From Octopus vulgaris (taxonomy: Eukaryota), in assembly GCA_951406725.2 (NCBI GenBank), contig OX597815.1:176948001-177012000 (forward strand): 64,000 nt of DNA, read 5' to 3'. The position numbers were made by a program, and so were the translations under genes. This document shows, piece by piece, positions 40,563-54,728 of this stretch. The notes under the pieces were generated by a model, which was given only the letters and a program-made list of their open reading frames with translations, ran no database searches and was not told the DNA's origin. The stretch's first letter is position 1; every line of letters begins with the position of its first letter.

Positions 40563-40876
40563 TGCTGGCACGCCGTTGATTACAACGACGAGTGTTGATT
40601 CGATCAATGGAAAAACTTTGCTTGTGAAATTAACGTGCAAGTGGCTGAATACTCCACAGACACGTGTACCCTTAACGTAGTTCTTAGGGAGATTCAGAAT
40701 GTGACAAGGCTGGCCTCGTTTGAATTACATGTATAACTTATGTTTGCCAGCTGAGTGGACCGGAGCAACGTGAAATAAAGAGTTTTGCTCAAGGAGACAA
40801 CCTGTCGCCGTGTATCAAACACACGAGCATAATACGGTTTTAGCTCAATGCTCTGACCACTAATCCGTGCCCTTTC
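40563..40876 (-). mobile_element. tRNA-derived SINE family D, diverged
   Basis: Minus strand TAGTGGTCAGAGCATTG head and TCCTTGAGCAAAACTCTTTATTTCACGTTGCTCCGGTCCACTCAGCTGGCAAA (CORE/Meta-like central domain). Confidence 0.6.
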
Positions 40877-41862
40877 AATCACACACACACATAAAAAAAC
40901 AGGACTAAACGAATTTTAAAAAATGTGTGTTGCAATGTTCTCATATGGTAAATTCATGACTTTTGTAGAAGACGTAGGGTCCAAGCCTTGATTTTGTGGC
41001 AGTTTGTGAAGCTGTAACTCGACAATGCTGGAAGCACGTGGAGGGTATATTTTTTTCTGTTTTTTATAAACGATATACCGTTCACGGCGGTTAGAGAAAC
41101 AGTTTGAGAATTTCGAGATAATGATGATTAAAGCTTGTCATGTTCTTTGTGTGTGGGGTAGGAGGTGATTACCCTTTGGGATAGGGCTTCAATTATTTTC
41201 ATATTGTTCGTTGAAGGTCCTACAGCGGGGCATCAAGATAGTCAATATGAGACTTAACAAATGTAAAGAAGACATAGTTCTAGGATCTCTAGAATGGTAA
41301 GTTCATGGACAAAAGAGCGGGCCACGTCGATAGAATTGCTGATTTTTGTATTCTAGTTCAGATAGTTGCCGACAGATTCACCTAAGTCTATGGCATTAAA
41401 TAATGTTGAATATGGCTACCTGACTTTCTCCTATTTTACAAAATAAATGACGAAATTCTTTTCTCTCATTTAAAGAGTTCCCATTGTATCACATCGCAAA
41501 GATCCGCTTGTGGGCTGAATGAAATGACAATTATTTTGTAGAGATGTGGAATGGCAACATATTTGGAGATTCCACTTTACACCTGGGATGTGGTGTAGAG
41601 CAATTAATCTGAGTTGATTCATTTGGGAACTCTTGTGATGAAAGAGATTTTCGTTTCAGCGACGTCATGAATTCTGTGCTTGTTGAAGGTTGTCGGGGCT
41701 ATGTTGTTGTTAGACTTATTTCTGGATTCAGATGGCGAGAAAGAAGCACGAGAGAATTTCTTCTCGTTGGTCGAGCGGCAAAGAGTAGCATCAATATTAT
41801 TAATGATTAAACACACACAGTAAACATATGATACTGGAAATTAATATAAATTATAAATCGAA

Positions 41863-42075
41863 GCCGGTGAGCTGGTAGAATCGTAAGCACGCTGGACAGA
41901 ATGCTTAGCGTCAGTCGGTCAGTCTTTATGTTCTTAGTTCAAATTCCACCGCCGTCGAATTTACCGTTCATCATATCAGAGTCCATAAAATAAGTCGACG
42001 ACATTGACCGAGGTGAATGAAGTCGACTTATTACATTCCCGGGACTTACAGGTCTTGTGCCAAAATTTGAAACAT
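41863..42075 (+). mobile_element. SINE family A, old copy
   Basis: GGTGAGCTGGTAGAATCGTAAGCACGC...AGTTCAAATTCCACC...CTTGTGCCAAAATTTGAAAC. Confidence 0.7.
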
Positions 42076-43644
42076 TTATAAATCAATATGAATATGTACA
42101 AATATATATGGTGTTTCATGTCCTAGATTTCTGGCAAATAACATGTGTAGTTCGGTATTAGAATAAGTTGATGAAATCGTAAAACATCAAATATCGACTC
42201 TGATCAATTATCTAAACCTGCAGTGTGTTCCTTGTTCAAGGTTTTATCGTGTCGGCTCATGAGGGAATTTAGGGCTTTAACGGGATTCCACTTCGGGCGG
42301 CAAATGTTGCCGTAATGGCTTCAGTCACTTGATGGTGGTGGTGGTGGTGGTAGTAGTGTTATATTGGACTCGGTTCTTCGCTTGGAATTTTCCTCTTTCA
42401 GGGAGGTGATCCTGGCTGGTTCAAAGTGAGAGGGTGCGTGTATGCGGAAAGGTAGTGTAGCGGTTGTACAGTCCAAGGCCTGAGCCTGGTATCAATCCAG
42501 GAGTACTAAAAACAAGACATACATATACACATACATATACACCCATACATGCATATATGTGTGCGTGTGAGTGTATACATATATATACATATCACATATA
42601 TATCTTCATGTATATAAATATGTGCGTGTGTTTGTGTGTACATTTATATGAAGACACATGTATACATCATATATAGGCATAGATTGAATATATATATATA
42701 TATATACATACACACATACACAACAAAATATATATATGTATTTGTCAGTATACACGTATGTACAGTATCATTGAAAGAAATAATGAGACTGAGATAGTTT
42801 GAGAAAAAGAAGCTGCAAAAACTAACCATTTCACATATAATGAATGCACTGATGAAATGTTGAAGACTCTTTGAAGTGCTGCGGAAACTGGCAATGTCGA
42901 TAGCCTAGCCTGGATGCGATTGTACTTCAGTCACGTATGTGTAGATCATTTAAATTTTGTGCAGATATCTAGCCAAATTGAATAACGTGCCAACGCCAAA
43001 ATTTTGCCTAGAGTAGTGAATATCCACAGAGCATCTTATGGAAATTTACCCCAAATTGCCGGAAGTTCAGAGGTTTTTCCATAACATTATTATTTCTATA
43101 TATTCTGTGTTTCCAAGTCAATGCAGGTTTTGGCTTTTTCTTTTTTCCTTCTTTTTTTTTTGTAGAAGAATAAAACTAAAATCCAATACTACTTTCGTAA
43201 AGTTGGCATTAAAAATAAAGTAAATATAAAGTGAAACTTTTACTTGCAAGAGCAAAGCCATGCTTCTTACAATTTATGACAATGCGCTTAACAAAGAGAC
43301 TGATCAGTTTGTAATTATGGCAGGATTTTTGTTATGCTCAGCATTTACTTTGCTGGTGACGGTCACACGAAACGATTATCATTAACTTAACAAACACAAT
43401 GCAAATAGGAAAAGTAAGAGAGAATATTTAAAAATGCAAATACATCCAAAATATCGGATATTTCAAAGTGTGCCTCTGGTTTGTCATGTGTTTTGTACTT
43501 TCTTAATGTAAATTCATGTGTCAAATAGACATAAAACTGCGTTTTAGGAGGTTATCTGATGCAAGACGAATGGTGTCATAAATATTTATTTCGGCGCACA
43601 AACACAACATATTTATACAGAGAATGTAACAGACAGAAAGGATG

Positions 43645-43678
<34 letters not shown>

Positions 43679-43694
43679 GAGAGGGAGAGAGAGA

Positions 43695-43736
<42 letters not shown>

Positions 43737-43805
43737 ATATTAGTATATGTATTTTCTTGTCTTTGCGTGTCACACGCCACATACACGCACATTTATAAAG
43801 ATATA

Positions 43806-43845
<40 letters not shown>

Positions 43846-44189
43846 CATATATATAAAGTCACTCAATGTAACGAATATAAAACAATCATTAAACTCTTTC
43901 GTACTGGTCCCTGGTTTCAATGAGGTAAGTGACTTGCTTTCCAACCACATGGTTCCGAGTTCAGTCCCACTACCTGGTACTTTGGGCAAGTGTTTTCTAC
44001 TATAGCTTCTGGCCGACCAAAGCCTCCCCTTGCAAATACTAATCGGATACAGGGTGTGTGTCGTTATCAAGCTGGAGGAGATGTCTTCCTGGGACTATAA
44101 ACCTCAGTAACACTGTCCTGTAAAGGATGCCACACTTGGTTGGCAATTATATGTTACAGTCTTAAGAATGATTTACATTCATATTCATA

Positions 44190-44826
44190 TAGGCATGGCT
44201 GTGTGGTCAGAAGCTTGCTTCTCAACCACATGGTTCTGGGTTAAATCACACTGTTGGCACCTTGGACACCTTACTATAACCTCGCGCCCACCAAGGCTGT
44301 GTGAGTAAATTTGATAGACGAGAACTGAAAGAAGGTCGTGGTCGTGGTATATACAGGGGGCAGAACCGTTAGCACGCCGGGCAAAATGCTCAGCGGTATT
44401 TCGTCTGCCGTTACGTTGTGAGTTCAAATTCCGACGAGGTAGACTTTGCCTTTCGTCCTTTCGGGGTCGATAAATTAAGTACCAGTTACGTACTGGGGTC
44501 GATGTAATCGACTTAATACCCATGTCTGTCCTTGTTTGTCCCCTCTATGCTTAGCCCCTTGTGGGTAATAAAGAAATAGGTATATACATACACATACACA
44601 TGTACATACATATATGTATACATGTATATATACACACATGCATGTGTGTATTTCTTTGTGTCTGTTTTTCCTCCACCACCGCTTGACAACCGGTGTCTGT
44701 TTATTTACATCTCAGTAACCTAGTTATTTCTACAGAAGAGACTGATATAATAAGAGGCATAAAATGTAAAACGCTGAGTTGTATTCTCTCGACTAAAATT
44801 CCTCTAGACTGAAACAAGTAAAGAGA
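44190..44826 (+). mobile_element. SINE family B (old) interrupted by a family A copy
   Basis: Head and core at 44190-44345; 3' half at 44590-44826 ending GACTGAAACAAGTAAAGAG. Confidence 0.8.
44356..44578 (+). mobile_element. SINE family A nested in family B, with 10-bp TSD
   Basis: GGTATATACA at 44346-44355 and 44579-44588. Confidence 0.88.
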
Positions 44827-45334
44827 TATTCTTGTTGCAGCGACTCCGTATTCATTTCTCATTCTTCTTTTATGCCTTGTGTTGCTTTGGTTTTTATGTA
44901 TTGCTCAAAGAAGAATTTAGGAGGAGGCAAACATCTGGCAGAGTCAGCGATATTGGAAATCAATCATTCGATTTGCACATGAAAGTATCCCCAGTTTGTT
45001 GAGTTCAATACCTAGTTGTGCTAACTTTATTTACACTGAGTTGCTCTCATGTCCATTTTCTTATATGTAAACTGTAGTTTGGTATCCCGCTGAAATTACC
45101 ACACGGTACCTGAGACACACTTGGACATTCTCAAAGTATTCAGTGTCAATAAAAGATTTTTGGTAAAATAGAATAAAATTCCTTGCTTATAATTGGAAAT
45201 TTCCAGAACGCAAGGTAGTCATGGCCGCCTGCGAATTGCAAGAAAGATAAGTTCTGCACCTGTCAACATCAAACACGGGCGAAGAAATGTCCAATGACTG
45301 AAACACAGCCTCTGCCAATTTGTCTGTCGCTATC

Positions 45335-45565
45335 TTTTATCTTTTAGTTGTGTTAGTAATTTGATTGCGGTAATGCTGGGGCACTACCCTGAAGAATCGA
45401 ACCCCGGCCCTATTATATCGATCACGTTTGTCCAACAGCAAAGTTACGTGTACACAAACAGGACGGCACCATTTGTCAAGCGTTGGTGAGGGACGAATAC
45501 AAACACAGACACACACAAGCGCGTGCGTGCAGATGTATGTATATGTGTATATACACGCGCGCGTG

Positions 45566-45605
<40 letters not shown>

Positions 45606-45790
45606 TACATACATACACACACGCGCGCGACCCGATTCATTCAGGTTCTGTCTACCAAGTCCACTGAAAAGGCTTTGGTGGGCCTGAGGCTGTAGTGGAA
45701 AGCACTTGCTCGAAATGACACGCAGTGGGACTGAAACCAAAACCTTGTGGCTGGGAAGCAAACCTGTTACCATACAGTCACGCCTGCGTC
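45335..45790 (-). mobile_element. SINE family B, diverged
   Basis: Reverse complement has GGTTTCAGTCCCACTGCGTG, internal TG/TA and GTGCCCCAGCATTACCGC. Confidence 0.75.
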
Positions 45791-46489
45791 TATGTATATA
45801 CTTAACAAATACACTGACACACATGCGCAATGTAAACCTTTCCTTCTCATCTCCACAAACGCTTAAAATATGCACATATAGAGACCTTTTACACAACTTC
45901 CTTTCTTCAGCTTTTACGCCCATACAATAGTTTCTCCAAATAATCATCTAAGATATATTGGAATTCAGCAAATACTTTGGAAGATTGGTAAACATTGAGC
46001 GGCTCTAACAGAGCAGAAGCTAACGGCCTTGGACATGGCAAGACTCGCCTACCAACTTCGACATACTCAGTGAATATAAAAATAAAACCGGAAATTTAGC
46101 CAAGTGTTGCTCCTGTGATTAAGCGTGCAAAGCAGCAACTGTTCTATTTCCAATCATCGTATGGCAGATAGCAGATAAATAGAATTCTTCAGTAATCATG
46201 TCTCTCTCTTTCTCTCCTTTATTTCTCTGCATGTCACATGTGTATCTCGCCATCTTGACTATTTTGTGTTTTTTTTTTCTGCCTTACACTTTTCATTATT
46301 TCTTTCTTCTTTTATATATTTTTTCTGTTAAGTGACTAAACATGATCACACGAATGTTGAGAAGAGAATAAAAAAAGAAAGAAAAGCTGAAATTTTGTTT
46401 AGTATATTTCACAACAAACAAAATATGTTGATACTAATTTTTAGCATAAGAAAAGACCATTTCGTGTTTGCGAATATACGATTGTATCG

Positions 46490-46625
46490 ACTCGAGTCCT
46501 CGGTTGTTACTTACTTTAACGACCCACGATGAATGAAATGCGAAATCGAGGCGAAATTTGAATGCAAAACATAGAATGCCGCAGAGAATTTCGTCCAACA
46601 TTTCGAAGGATTCTGCCAATTTGTA
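46490..46625 (-). mobile_element. SINE family A, old partial copy
   Basis: Reverse complement TTGGCAGAATCC...TTCAAATTTCGCC...TTTCATTC. Confidence 0.55.
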
Positions 46626-47114
46626 GCCATAAAAAAGAATAATAATGCTACCGGCAAAGTTTTAAGTATTGCTCCGTGTTAATATTCCACAGCAGAGAAC
46701 ATATAAACAGAAGACAGAATCAAAACAATTGAAATTCTACCGTTAAACCCAATGATTTCAGGCTTAACAAATGACATCTCAACTTATTGATTGGAATGAA
46801 ATATAAATTCACGCTGCTTAATCCTTCATAACAAATGCATTGACCTTGATCTTACAGGAAAGATAATCGGAATGTGTGACCGTCATATATTTTGCATGAC
46901 AGGACCTTTCTTGGTTCCGACTTTTAGTATTTCCCCCATTATATGGTCATTAGAACTACATCGCTACTCTCCTATGTTCTCGGTGGTTAATTATTTCAGA
47001 AATGTGTTCGCCTTCTACAAATCACATTCCTTAATTTTGTCAGATATATTTGTCTCTAAAATCTAATTTTGCTTTGGGCAGCATCCACAAGATCATCTAC
47101 AGAATATTGATTTT

Positions 47115-47325
47115 ATATTTTGACACAAAGTCAGCAATTCCTGGGGATAGGCTAAGTCGATTACATCAACCCCCACCCCCAGTGTTCAACTGTTACCTGT
47201 TTTATCGACCTCTAACGAATGAAAGGCAAAGTCAACTTCGCGGAATTTGATCTCAGAATGTAAAAGCAGAATAAATACCGCCAAGTATTTTGTCCGCCGC
47301 GCTAACGATTCTGCCACGTCGCTGC
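47115..47325 (-). mobile_element. SINE family A
   Basis: Reverse complement GTGGCAGAATCGTTAGCGC...GTTGACTTTGCCTTTCATTC. Confidence 0.75.
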
Positions 47326-47640
47326 ATTACTCTCTTAGCATATTGCAATATGAAAGTAAACTGTAGCAAAAGATAAGCAACATACTTGTCAGGTTATAAT
47401 TTTGACTTTGTTTCGTTCTATTGACATTAATGAATTCTATATTCCTAGGTCATTATAGAGGTATTAAAACTGCACGGAAGACATTGTTAGAAGTATAGGG
47501 GATATGGATAATTTTATATGTGTGTGTGTGCATGTGTGTGTATATATATATGTATATGAACAATTGCAGCGTGGAAGGTGTTTATAAGCCGTTTAAGAAG
47601 CACAGAAAAACTGTTAGATTCAATTCAACATTTAAATTTA

Positions 47641-47694
47641 ATTTGCCAAAATATTCTCGTCGCTTTGAGACCGCGTCCTGTTCACTGACAAAAT
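47641..47694 (-). ncRNA. Degenerate minimal hammerhead-like motif with G3-C8 core variant
   Basis: TTTGTCA-GTGAACA-g-GACGC(ggtctcaaa)GCGAC-GAGA-ATAT-TT-TGGCAAA: 7-bp stem I and palindromic helix III AATATT, but GAAA appears as GAGA and stem II has one mismatch. Confidence 0.4.
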
Positions 47695-47701
47695 TCCGTG
47701 C

Positions 47702-47763
<62 letters not shown>

Positions 47764-48304
47764 CACGCATGTGTGTGTTTCTATGTTGATCCATGTGTAT
47801 GTATGTATGCACATGAATGTTTTTGTAAGTCACAATATGTTTTAAGTGCTGGTTCTTCTGTTTCGTTATTTGGCTTTTGTGAAGCGGGTGAGACATGAAT
47901 GTTCTTTTCGATGATTTTAGGTCACCGATTCATTTATTTATCTTGGGAAACATGTCTATGAGTTGTTACATATATACAATGGTTACTTCAATTAGAAAAC
48001 GTAAAATTAACTGGATAACCCGGTAACTGTTTGAAATATATGAGAGCCGGTGAGAAATTATCATCTCACGCACACACACACACACACATCTGTGTATCCA
48101 TGTGCAAGTATATATGTACACACACACACACACATATCTGTATGGATGTTCATGGGAATGTACAACAGTGACCAACTGATTGTATTTCCCAATCATACAA
48201 ATATACATAACGCATGCATGTATGCAGCTTGTGTGTGTGTGTCTTTAAATGAAAATGTGCGTGTATGTCTGAATATAAGTTTCTCTCTCTGTGTATATAT
48301 AGTG

Positions 48305-48343
<39 letters not shown>

Positions 48344-48500
48344 CAGAGAGAGAGAGAGAGAGACCATGGATGATTAAATTACACCAGTTATAGTCCAGTG
48401 TTGCTATTTTAGTGCATTGTTGTGCCATTCAAAGTACATTATTACTATTTATTATTATTGTTTACAAACAATACACAATGCTTCAAGCGAACTACAATAC

Positions 48501-48549
<49 letters not shown>

Positions 48550-48555
<6 letters not shown>

Positions 48556-49435
48556 GTCTAATCCATAAGAATCCGGACTGTTGCTATAGTAAGGAACTTA
48601 CAGTACGCAGAGTGAAGAGCCTGATACAGATTGACCTTCAACTCCGTTGTGCATGCGCACTGAGTTTGAACGTTCTAGCGCACTTCCGCTGTTTACAGCA
48701 GTGCTTGGAAGGGAGTTGTGTCGTGTGTGATCGTCGCATTGAACAGGACAGAGAAAGGTGAGCAAAGAATCTGCGTCAATTTTTGATAAAAGCTTGGCGA
48801 TATCTGCTCAGGGGCCTAGGCAAAGTTTTCAAAAAAGTATTCTTCCTTCTCGTCAAAATTAAAGAGATTTTGTGCAACTGAAACCCGAGTGTCTTTTTGG
48901 TCGGCTAAAAACAGTTTCGGCACATACTTGGCAGTCATGTGTCTCGTACCCAAATCTTCTGCGACCTGAACTGTAACTAATCTGCACATCTGATAACTCA
49001 CGGATGGTGATTCGACAATTTCCCCGCAGAGCTGCACTCACATCTGTGATGTTTTTCTAAGTTCTGCTGGTTGCGAGTCTCCCAGAACACTCGTCAATAT
49101 CGACACGTTTTCGGCTATCTTGGAAACGTTTGAATCACTCGTACACTTGTGTGCGGCTCATACACTGTTCTCCATACACTTTCTGAATCTTTGCGCAGGC
49201 CTCTGCGCAGGTATCGCTGTGACAACTTCCTCTCTCATGGTCAATGCGATGATTACACACTACACACCTTCGTTCCAAGCACTGCTGTAAACAGCAGAAG
49301 TGAGATACAACGTTAAAACTCATTGTGCGTGTACAACAGAGTTCAAAGTTAAGTAAATCTTTGCCAAGTGGCTTTACTCTGCCTGCTTTAGTTTCGTTAC
49401 TATGGCAACAGACCGGATACTTATTGAACAAACTT

Positions 49436-49439
<4 letters not shown>
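48550..49439. mobile_element. Mariner-derived non-autonomous element made of two inverted 5' ends
   Basis: 48550-48830 (+) is homologous to 49439-49180 (-). Transposase N-terminal remnants EQRICVNF (+) and KIQKVYGEQCMSRTQVYE*FKRF, RITIRELS, KYVPKL (-). Confidence 0.8.
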
Positions 49440-49486
<47 letters not shown>

Positions 49487-49488
<2 letters not shown>

Positions 49489-50018
49489 GGTGTTCGTAAA
49501 GCTGGGCTGAAAGCAAGTCTATTGTACGGGTTGCTGAGGCAAATGTAAGAAGCCCAAAGAAATCAGTTCGCCGTGGTAGTTCAGAAATTGGCATCAAACG
49601 AACATCACTGCATAAAATTCTTACAAAACTGAATATGAAATCTTGCATTCCGCGCCTAACCCCCAGACTTCTGGAGGATGATCCTGATCGCAGGTCACAA
49701 TTTTGCGAACAGTTTGTAAGTCAAGGAAGCCAAGAATTATTGAAGATCTTCGCCAATTCATTATTTGACGCATTTTCAAACCTTGATCAACACTTGTGTA
49801 CGGAAGTTTGTCCCAGTGTGCTTTTGTGTTGTCGAGAAGGCATTGAAGCTAATGGCTTCCAATTTGAACATTTATCGTAACTGTACTAAATGAAATGGAT
49901 TGCCTATAGTCGTACAATATCTTCTGATGTAATATATTTTCCTGAAAATCTTTTTCGTCTAACCGTGATATTTCTTTATTACAAGCAACTGTGTAGTAAC
50001 TTTACTGGCACCTCGTAC
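49487..50018 (+). mobile_element. Internally deleted Tc1/mariner-superfamily element
   Basis: RSPKKSVRRGSSEIGIKRTSLHKIL...LLEDDPDRRSQFCE joined to a C-terminus ending IEANGFQFEHLS*. Imperfect TIRs TACGGTGTTCGTAAAG and TACGAGGTGCCAGTAAAG (reverse complement). Confidence 0.7.
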
Positions 50019-50170
50019 TCTCACACACACACACACATACACACACACACACATGTTAATTATTCGTGCGACTTTTCTCATACAATTGCAAGTTCCATGT
50101 GAGTATTAATACACAAAGAAAATATTTTAAAAACGCATAAAACTTGGGACTCCATATAAATACATTGTGA

Positions 50171-50584
50171 AGGCGGCGAGCTGTCAGAAACGTTAGCACA
50201 CCGGGCGAAATGCGTAGCCGTATTTCGTCTGCCGTTACGTTTTGTGTTCAAATTCCGCCGAGGTCGACTTTGCCTTTCATCCCTTCGGGGTCGATAAATT
50301 AAGTACCAGTTACGCACTGGGGTCGATGTAATCGACTTAATTCCTCTGTCTGTCCTTGTTTGTCCCCTCTTTGTTTAGCCTCTTGTGGGTAGTAAAGAAA
50401 TGGGCATTTGTCTGCCGTTACGTTCTGAGTTCAAATTCCACTGAGGTCGACTTTGCCTTTCATCCTTTTGGGGTCGATAAATTAAGTACCAGTTACGCAC
50501 TGGTGTCGATGTAATCGACTTAATCCTTTTGTCTTCCTTGTTTGTCCCCTCTATGTTTACCCCCTTGTAGGCAGTAAAGAAATA
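50171..50584 (+). mobile_element. SINE family A with tandemly repeated body (dimer)
   Basis: The second unit restarts at ~50403, the same junction as in 16780-17175. Confidence 0.9.
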
Positions 50585-51742
50585 CATATTAATACATTCT
50601 CATTGTTGCTATGACTGAGTCAGTCTATTGAGTAAATGAGCTTAGTTCATATTGATGTGATATTAAAACATGCTTTAGCTTCTCTCGTATATAATAGAAG
50701 TGCGGCTCATGTTGTGGTTATTTTGCAAAATTCATTCAATACTAAAAAAAAGTTCCAATCCCTTCCAAAGCAGAATGAATCACGTAGCTTTGCTTAGGTG
50801 TGAGATATTATGAATAGCAACATTTGTTTCTTCTCTCTGCGCCCAAGTTGGAATCACATCCTGGATATCGATTATGATTTCTTCGAGTCTGATAACGCTC
50901 CTTGTACCATCCCCGCCACCTTTTCGCTGATTCTTTCCTCACCTCTCTCTTTCTCGGAAAATGTTACACTGTCGTGACCAAAATGGACCGTTAACATTCT
51001 GGCCCCACCAACCTGTTCACCATCATTCAGTGGATTCGCGAGGAGAGAACAGTTTAATGTATTCTCTCATCAAACCATCACTGAATGTTTCACTTTGTTT
51101 AGTAACAGCGAGTATAAAGTAGCAATCAATAACTACGGTAACGTTTTTCAGTTTCAAGCTGCTACGTGAATGCATTTCTGCAAATTATACAAGCATTTAC
51201 TTTGCAAAGTGTTTCTAACAATTTGTGGCAGATATGAATAACTAGTGTGTAACGGGTGCGGCTGGGGGTCCAAAATATCAAGCAGACATGACAACTACTA
51301 AATAGTCAACTGTTGGGTTCGCTAACCAATCATAGCTTCTAGTTTGTTTGGGCCAAAGCATTAGAATCGCCCCAGCGCCAGGACACGCAGTTATATATAG
51401 TTGTATGAAATGGTTTAGAACACTTTGCAGCTGCTAAAAAAAGGAGCATCGGATAATTCATATGCGTTCAGTTAATTGGAATTTTGGTTTCAACTACTAA
51501 ATTAGTTATTATCCGTGAAAGAATGTCCCATGATATGTAAGTCAGTCTGTGAGAGCAATGTAATCTCCAATACCGTATCAAAGATTCTAGCAACAACTTT
51601 TTTTATTCTCGTAGAAGAAAACAAATCCGTTATATTTGTTTTCTTCGCCAAGGACAGCGATTCGGAGTTTGCTTTCGTCATAGAAACGTACACACGCACG
51701 CACACACGAATACACACGAGAAGATAGATAGAGAGAGGGAGG

Positions 51743-51795
<53 letters not shown>

Positions 51796-51974
51796 AGTTA
51801 CTTATGAAAGCAGATTAGGATAGAGAGTAATTTAAGCAACGAACATGAACGATCGTGCAGCAATTTTCAACTGAAAAAAAAAATTGTAAATGTCAACGAG
51901 GTAAATTGTAACGGACAGATTGACTGAACTGGAATGAATATAATCACTTTAATACACGAAGGTATGTGTGTAGG

Positions 51975-52143
<169 letters not shown>

Positions 52144-53974
52144 TATATATATAGTGAGAGAGAAAGAAAGAGAGAGGGAGACAGAGGCATTTATGTACGC
52201 GGTATGTGTTTCAATATATGATTTATGGTGACAAATAGTAGTATATATATCTCTGCTTTATTATACGCACAACAGGTGTATACAGTTATGCGCATGTCAA
52301 GGTTTGTATACGTATAGCTATTTAGTGAAGTACATGTATGTATACACATGCACTCTGAACATAAGCAAGCCACACATACGCATACATATATTCATATGTG
52401 ACTTTCATACATACACATCCATCCATCCATATAAATACACACACACACTCACATATATATATATATATAGACACAATATCATATACATATCTTCATGTGA
52501 GTATATATGTTCCTACCTGTCTGTGTGTGTATGTCGATGTATATATATATATATAAAGCAAATTGAGCAATAGATTTTACTCCAACATCTAATGAGTGCG
52601 TGAAACACGATATCATTGTCACTCGTTTCATATTCTTTGAACGACCATAATTTTCTTGCAACGATTCCATGACGCTCTTTTGGCAAGTTGAACCAAAATT
52701 TGAAATACTCAGAATGAGCCAACACATTCTTTTACTGAAACAGATCGTCCGAAAACATCGCGTTTGACGCTGATTTCAATGACATTTTACAATAGCTAAT
52801 GAATATACTCAAAGACCAGTCAATGGAAAAAGAAACATTTATTCTCCTGAAAGTATTCCAGATGTGTTACAGTTATGTATGTTGGTAGAGGAAATGTTGT
52901 ACAAAAAGATTATGAAAGTGCTACTTGTTATAGTCATGACAATAAATTACATACGAAATATAGGGTCACGTTCTTATGCTAATAGCTGAATATTAACTTC
53001 AGTTAGAGTTCCCCACCCCATACTATATATATATAAGCAAGCTATATATATATATATGGTTAAGCACACACGCGCACATATATGTTTCTCTGATGTTTTA
53101 ATAATATAAATTCTTATTCTTCTGAAGGAGCTGATAACTAATAAAGATTCAATGCCCCATAGTTAGAATGTAGATAACGAAAACAATATTACGTTTCAAA
53201 CCTAAGTAAAGTCTTGCATACTTTTACTGTTCCACTTACAGATTGAATTTGTAGTGTGCGTGTCAGGTGGCTGATTTCTTTATCTGAAAATCTAAGGCGT
53301 CTACTTACAAAACGAAGTGTTCCAATTATTATAGGTATAAATGTAAATTTTGATCGGGATATAGAAGCAGGAGATTTCGAAGCAGTTATACGTGTGTGTA
53401 TTATGTATGTATGTATGTATCTGTGTTATGTATGCATGTACGTATAGTTATTCAGCAGAAACTACAGAACGCCGATCTAACTTCTTTCTTTGCACTTAGG
53501 TAGAGCATTAAATTTTACGGCTCAAATCGGTAAAATTCTTACCTCCTTTATTTCATTGCATTGATCTGTTTAAGTTTTCTTTCTTCTATTCTGTACTATT
53601 GAGCTATTAAAATGTGTGGAATTAATAGAACGAGCCGAATGTCAGACTAAATGCAGAGAGCCGTCATGACTCAATATCGTTTGCGCTTATCCCCTGTTAT
53701 TGCTAACATTTATCTATATTCTTCTGCTTCGTATGAAATCGAAACTATTACAATTAATTTCAAACAGACAGGTTAATTCTCTAAAAGATGAATGACTTCG
53801 TAAAGGAACCTAAAACGGTTGCCAGTACTTATTTGTTGTAGCAACAATGTTGACTACGCAGAGGGGTTTGAATCGGAAGGACACAATAACTTGTTATCTA
53901 ACCAATTACGACTCAAAGATATGTGTATGTGTGTGGGGCGGTGGTGGTGGAGGAGGTGCGGTGTTGCTAATAAT

Positions 53975-54362
53975 CTGTTCTCTTTAGCTTGTCTCAATCA
54001 TCAGATTGCGGCCATGCTGAAGTACCGCCTTGAACTTTTAGGGTCGAATGAATTGAACTTAGTGCTTATAATTTCGTACTTATTCTGTCGGTCTCTTTTG
54101 CCGAAACGCTACGTTGCGGGACGTAAATAAAAGAACATCGGTTGTCACGTGTTGGTGATGGTCAAGCGCCGACGCAAACATACACACACACACACATACA
54201 ATATACAACAGGCGTCTTTCGGTTTCTGCCTACTGAATCCATTCCCAAGGATTTGGTCATACTGACGCTATGACAGAAAATACTTGTCTAAGGTTCCGTT
54301 TGGATTGAACTCAGAACCATGTCGTTCAAAAGTAAACTTCTTACCACCCAACCACGCTTGAC
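53975..54362 (-). mobile_element. SINE family B, diverged
   Basis: TGCGGCCATGCTGAAGTACCGCCTT and TACTTATTCTGTCGGTCTCTTTTGCCGAA match the other copies. Confidence 0.75.
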
Positions 54363-54443
54363 CCGTCCATTTTTCACTCACACCTTTTACAGAAAAATGT
54401 ATTTTATTCTGTCTATGTATTTGTGTGTGTATGTATATATATA

Positions 54444-54728
54444 TCACCGTGATCACCGTGACCGACCAGGCTATAAGATGTTGTTATAAATCGCTGGTCA
54501 CAAATGACGCCACCCCGCTGGCTAAGCGAGTAGGCCAACCGAAGAAAGAGTGAGAAAAAGTTGTAGCGAAAGAGTACAGCAGGGATCGCCACCACCCCCT
54601 GCCGGAGCCTCGTGGGGCTTTAGGTGTTTTTCGCTCAATAAACACTCACAAAGCCCGGTCTGGGAATCGAAACCGCGATCCTACGACCGCGAGTCTGCTG
54701 CCCTAACCACTAGGCCATTGCGCCTCCA
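54444..54728 (-). mobile_element. SINE family C, tail type 3
   Basis: Same head and body; distinct tail ending in (CACGGTGAT)2. Confidence 0.82.

Noticed and set aside
40900-42510. Possible decayed LINE endonuclease/ORF1 region on the minus strand
   Set aside because: Only faint motif-like fragments; cannot be supported without a translated search.
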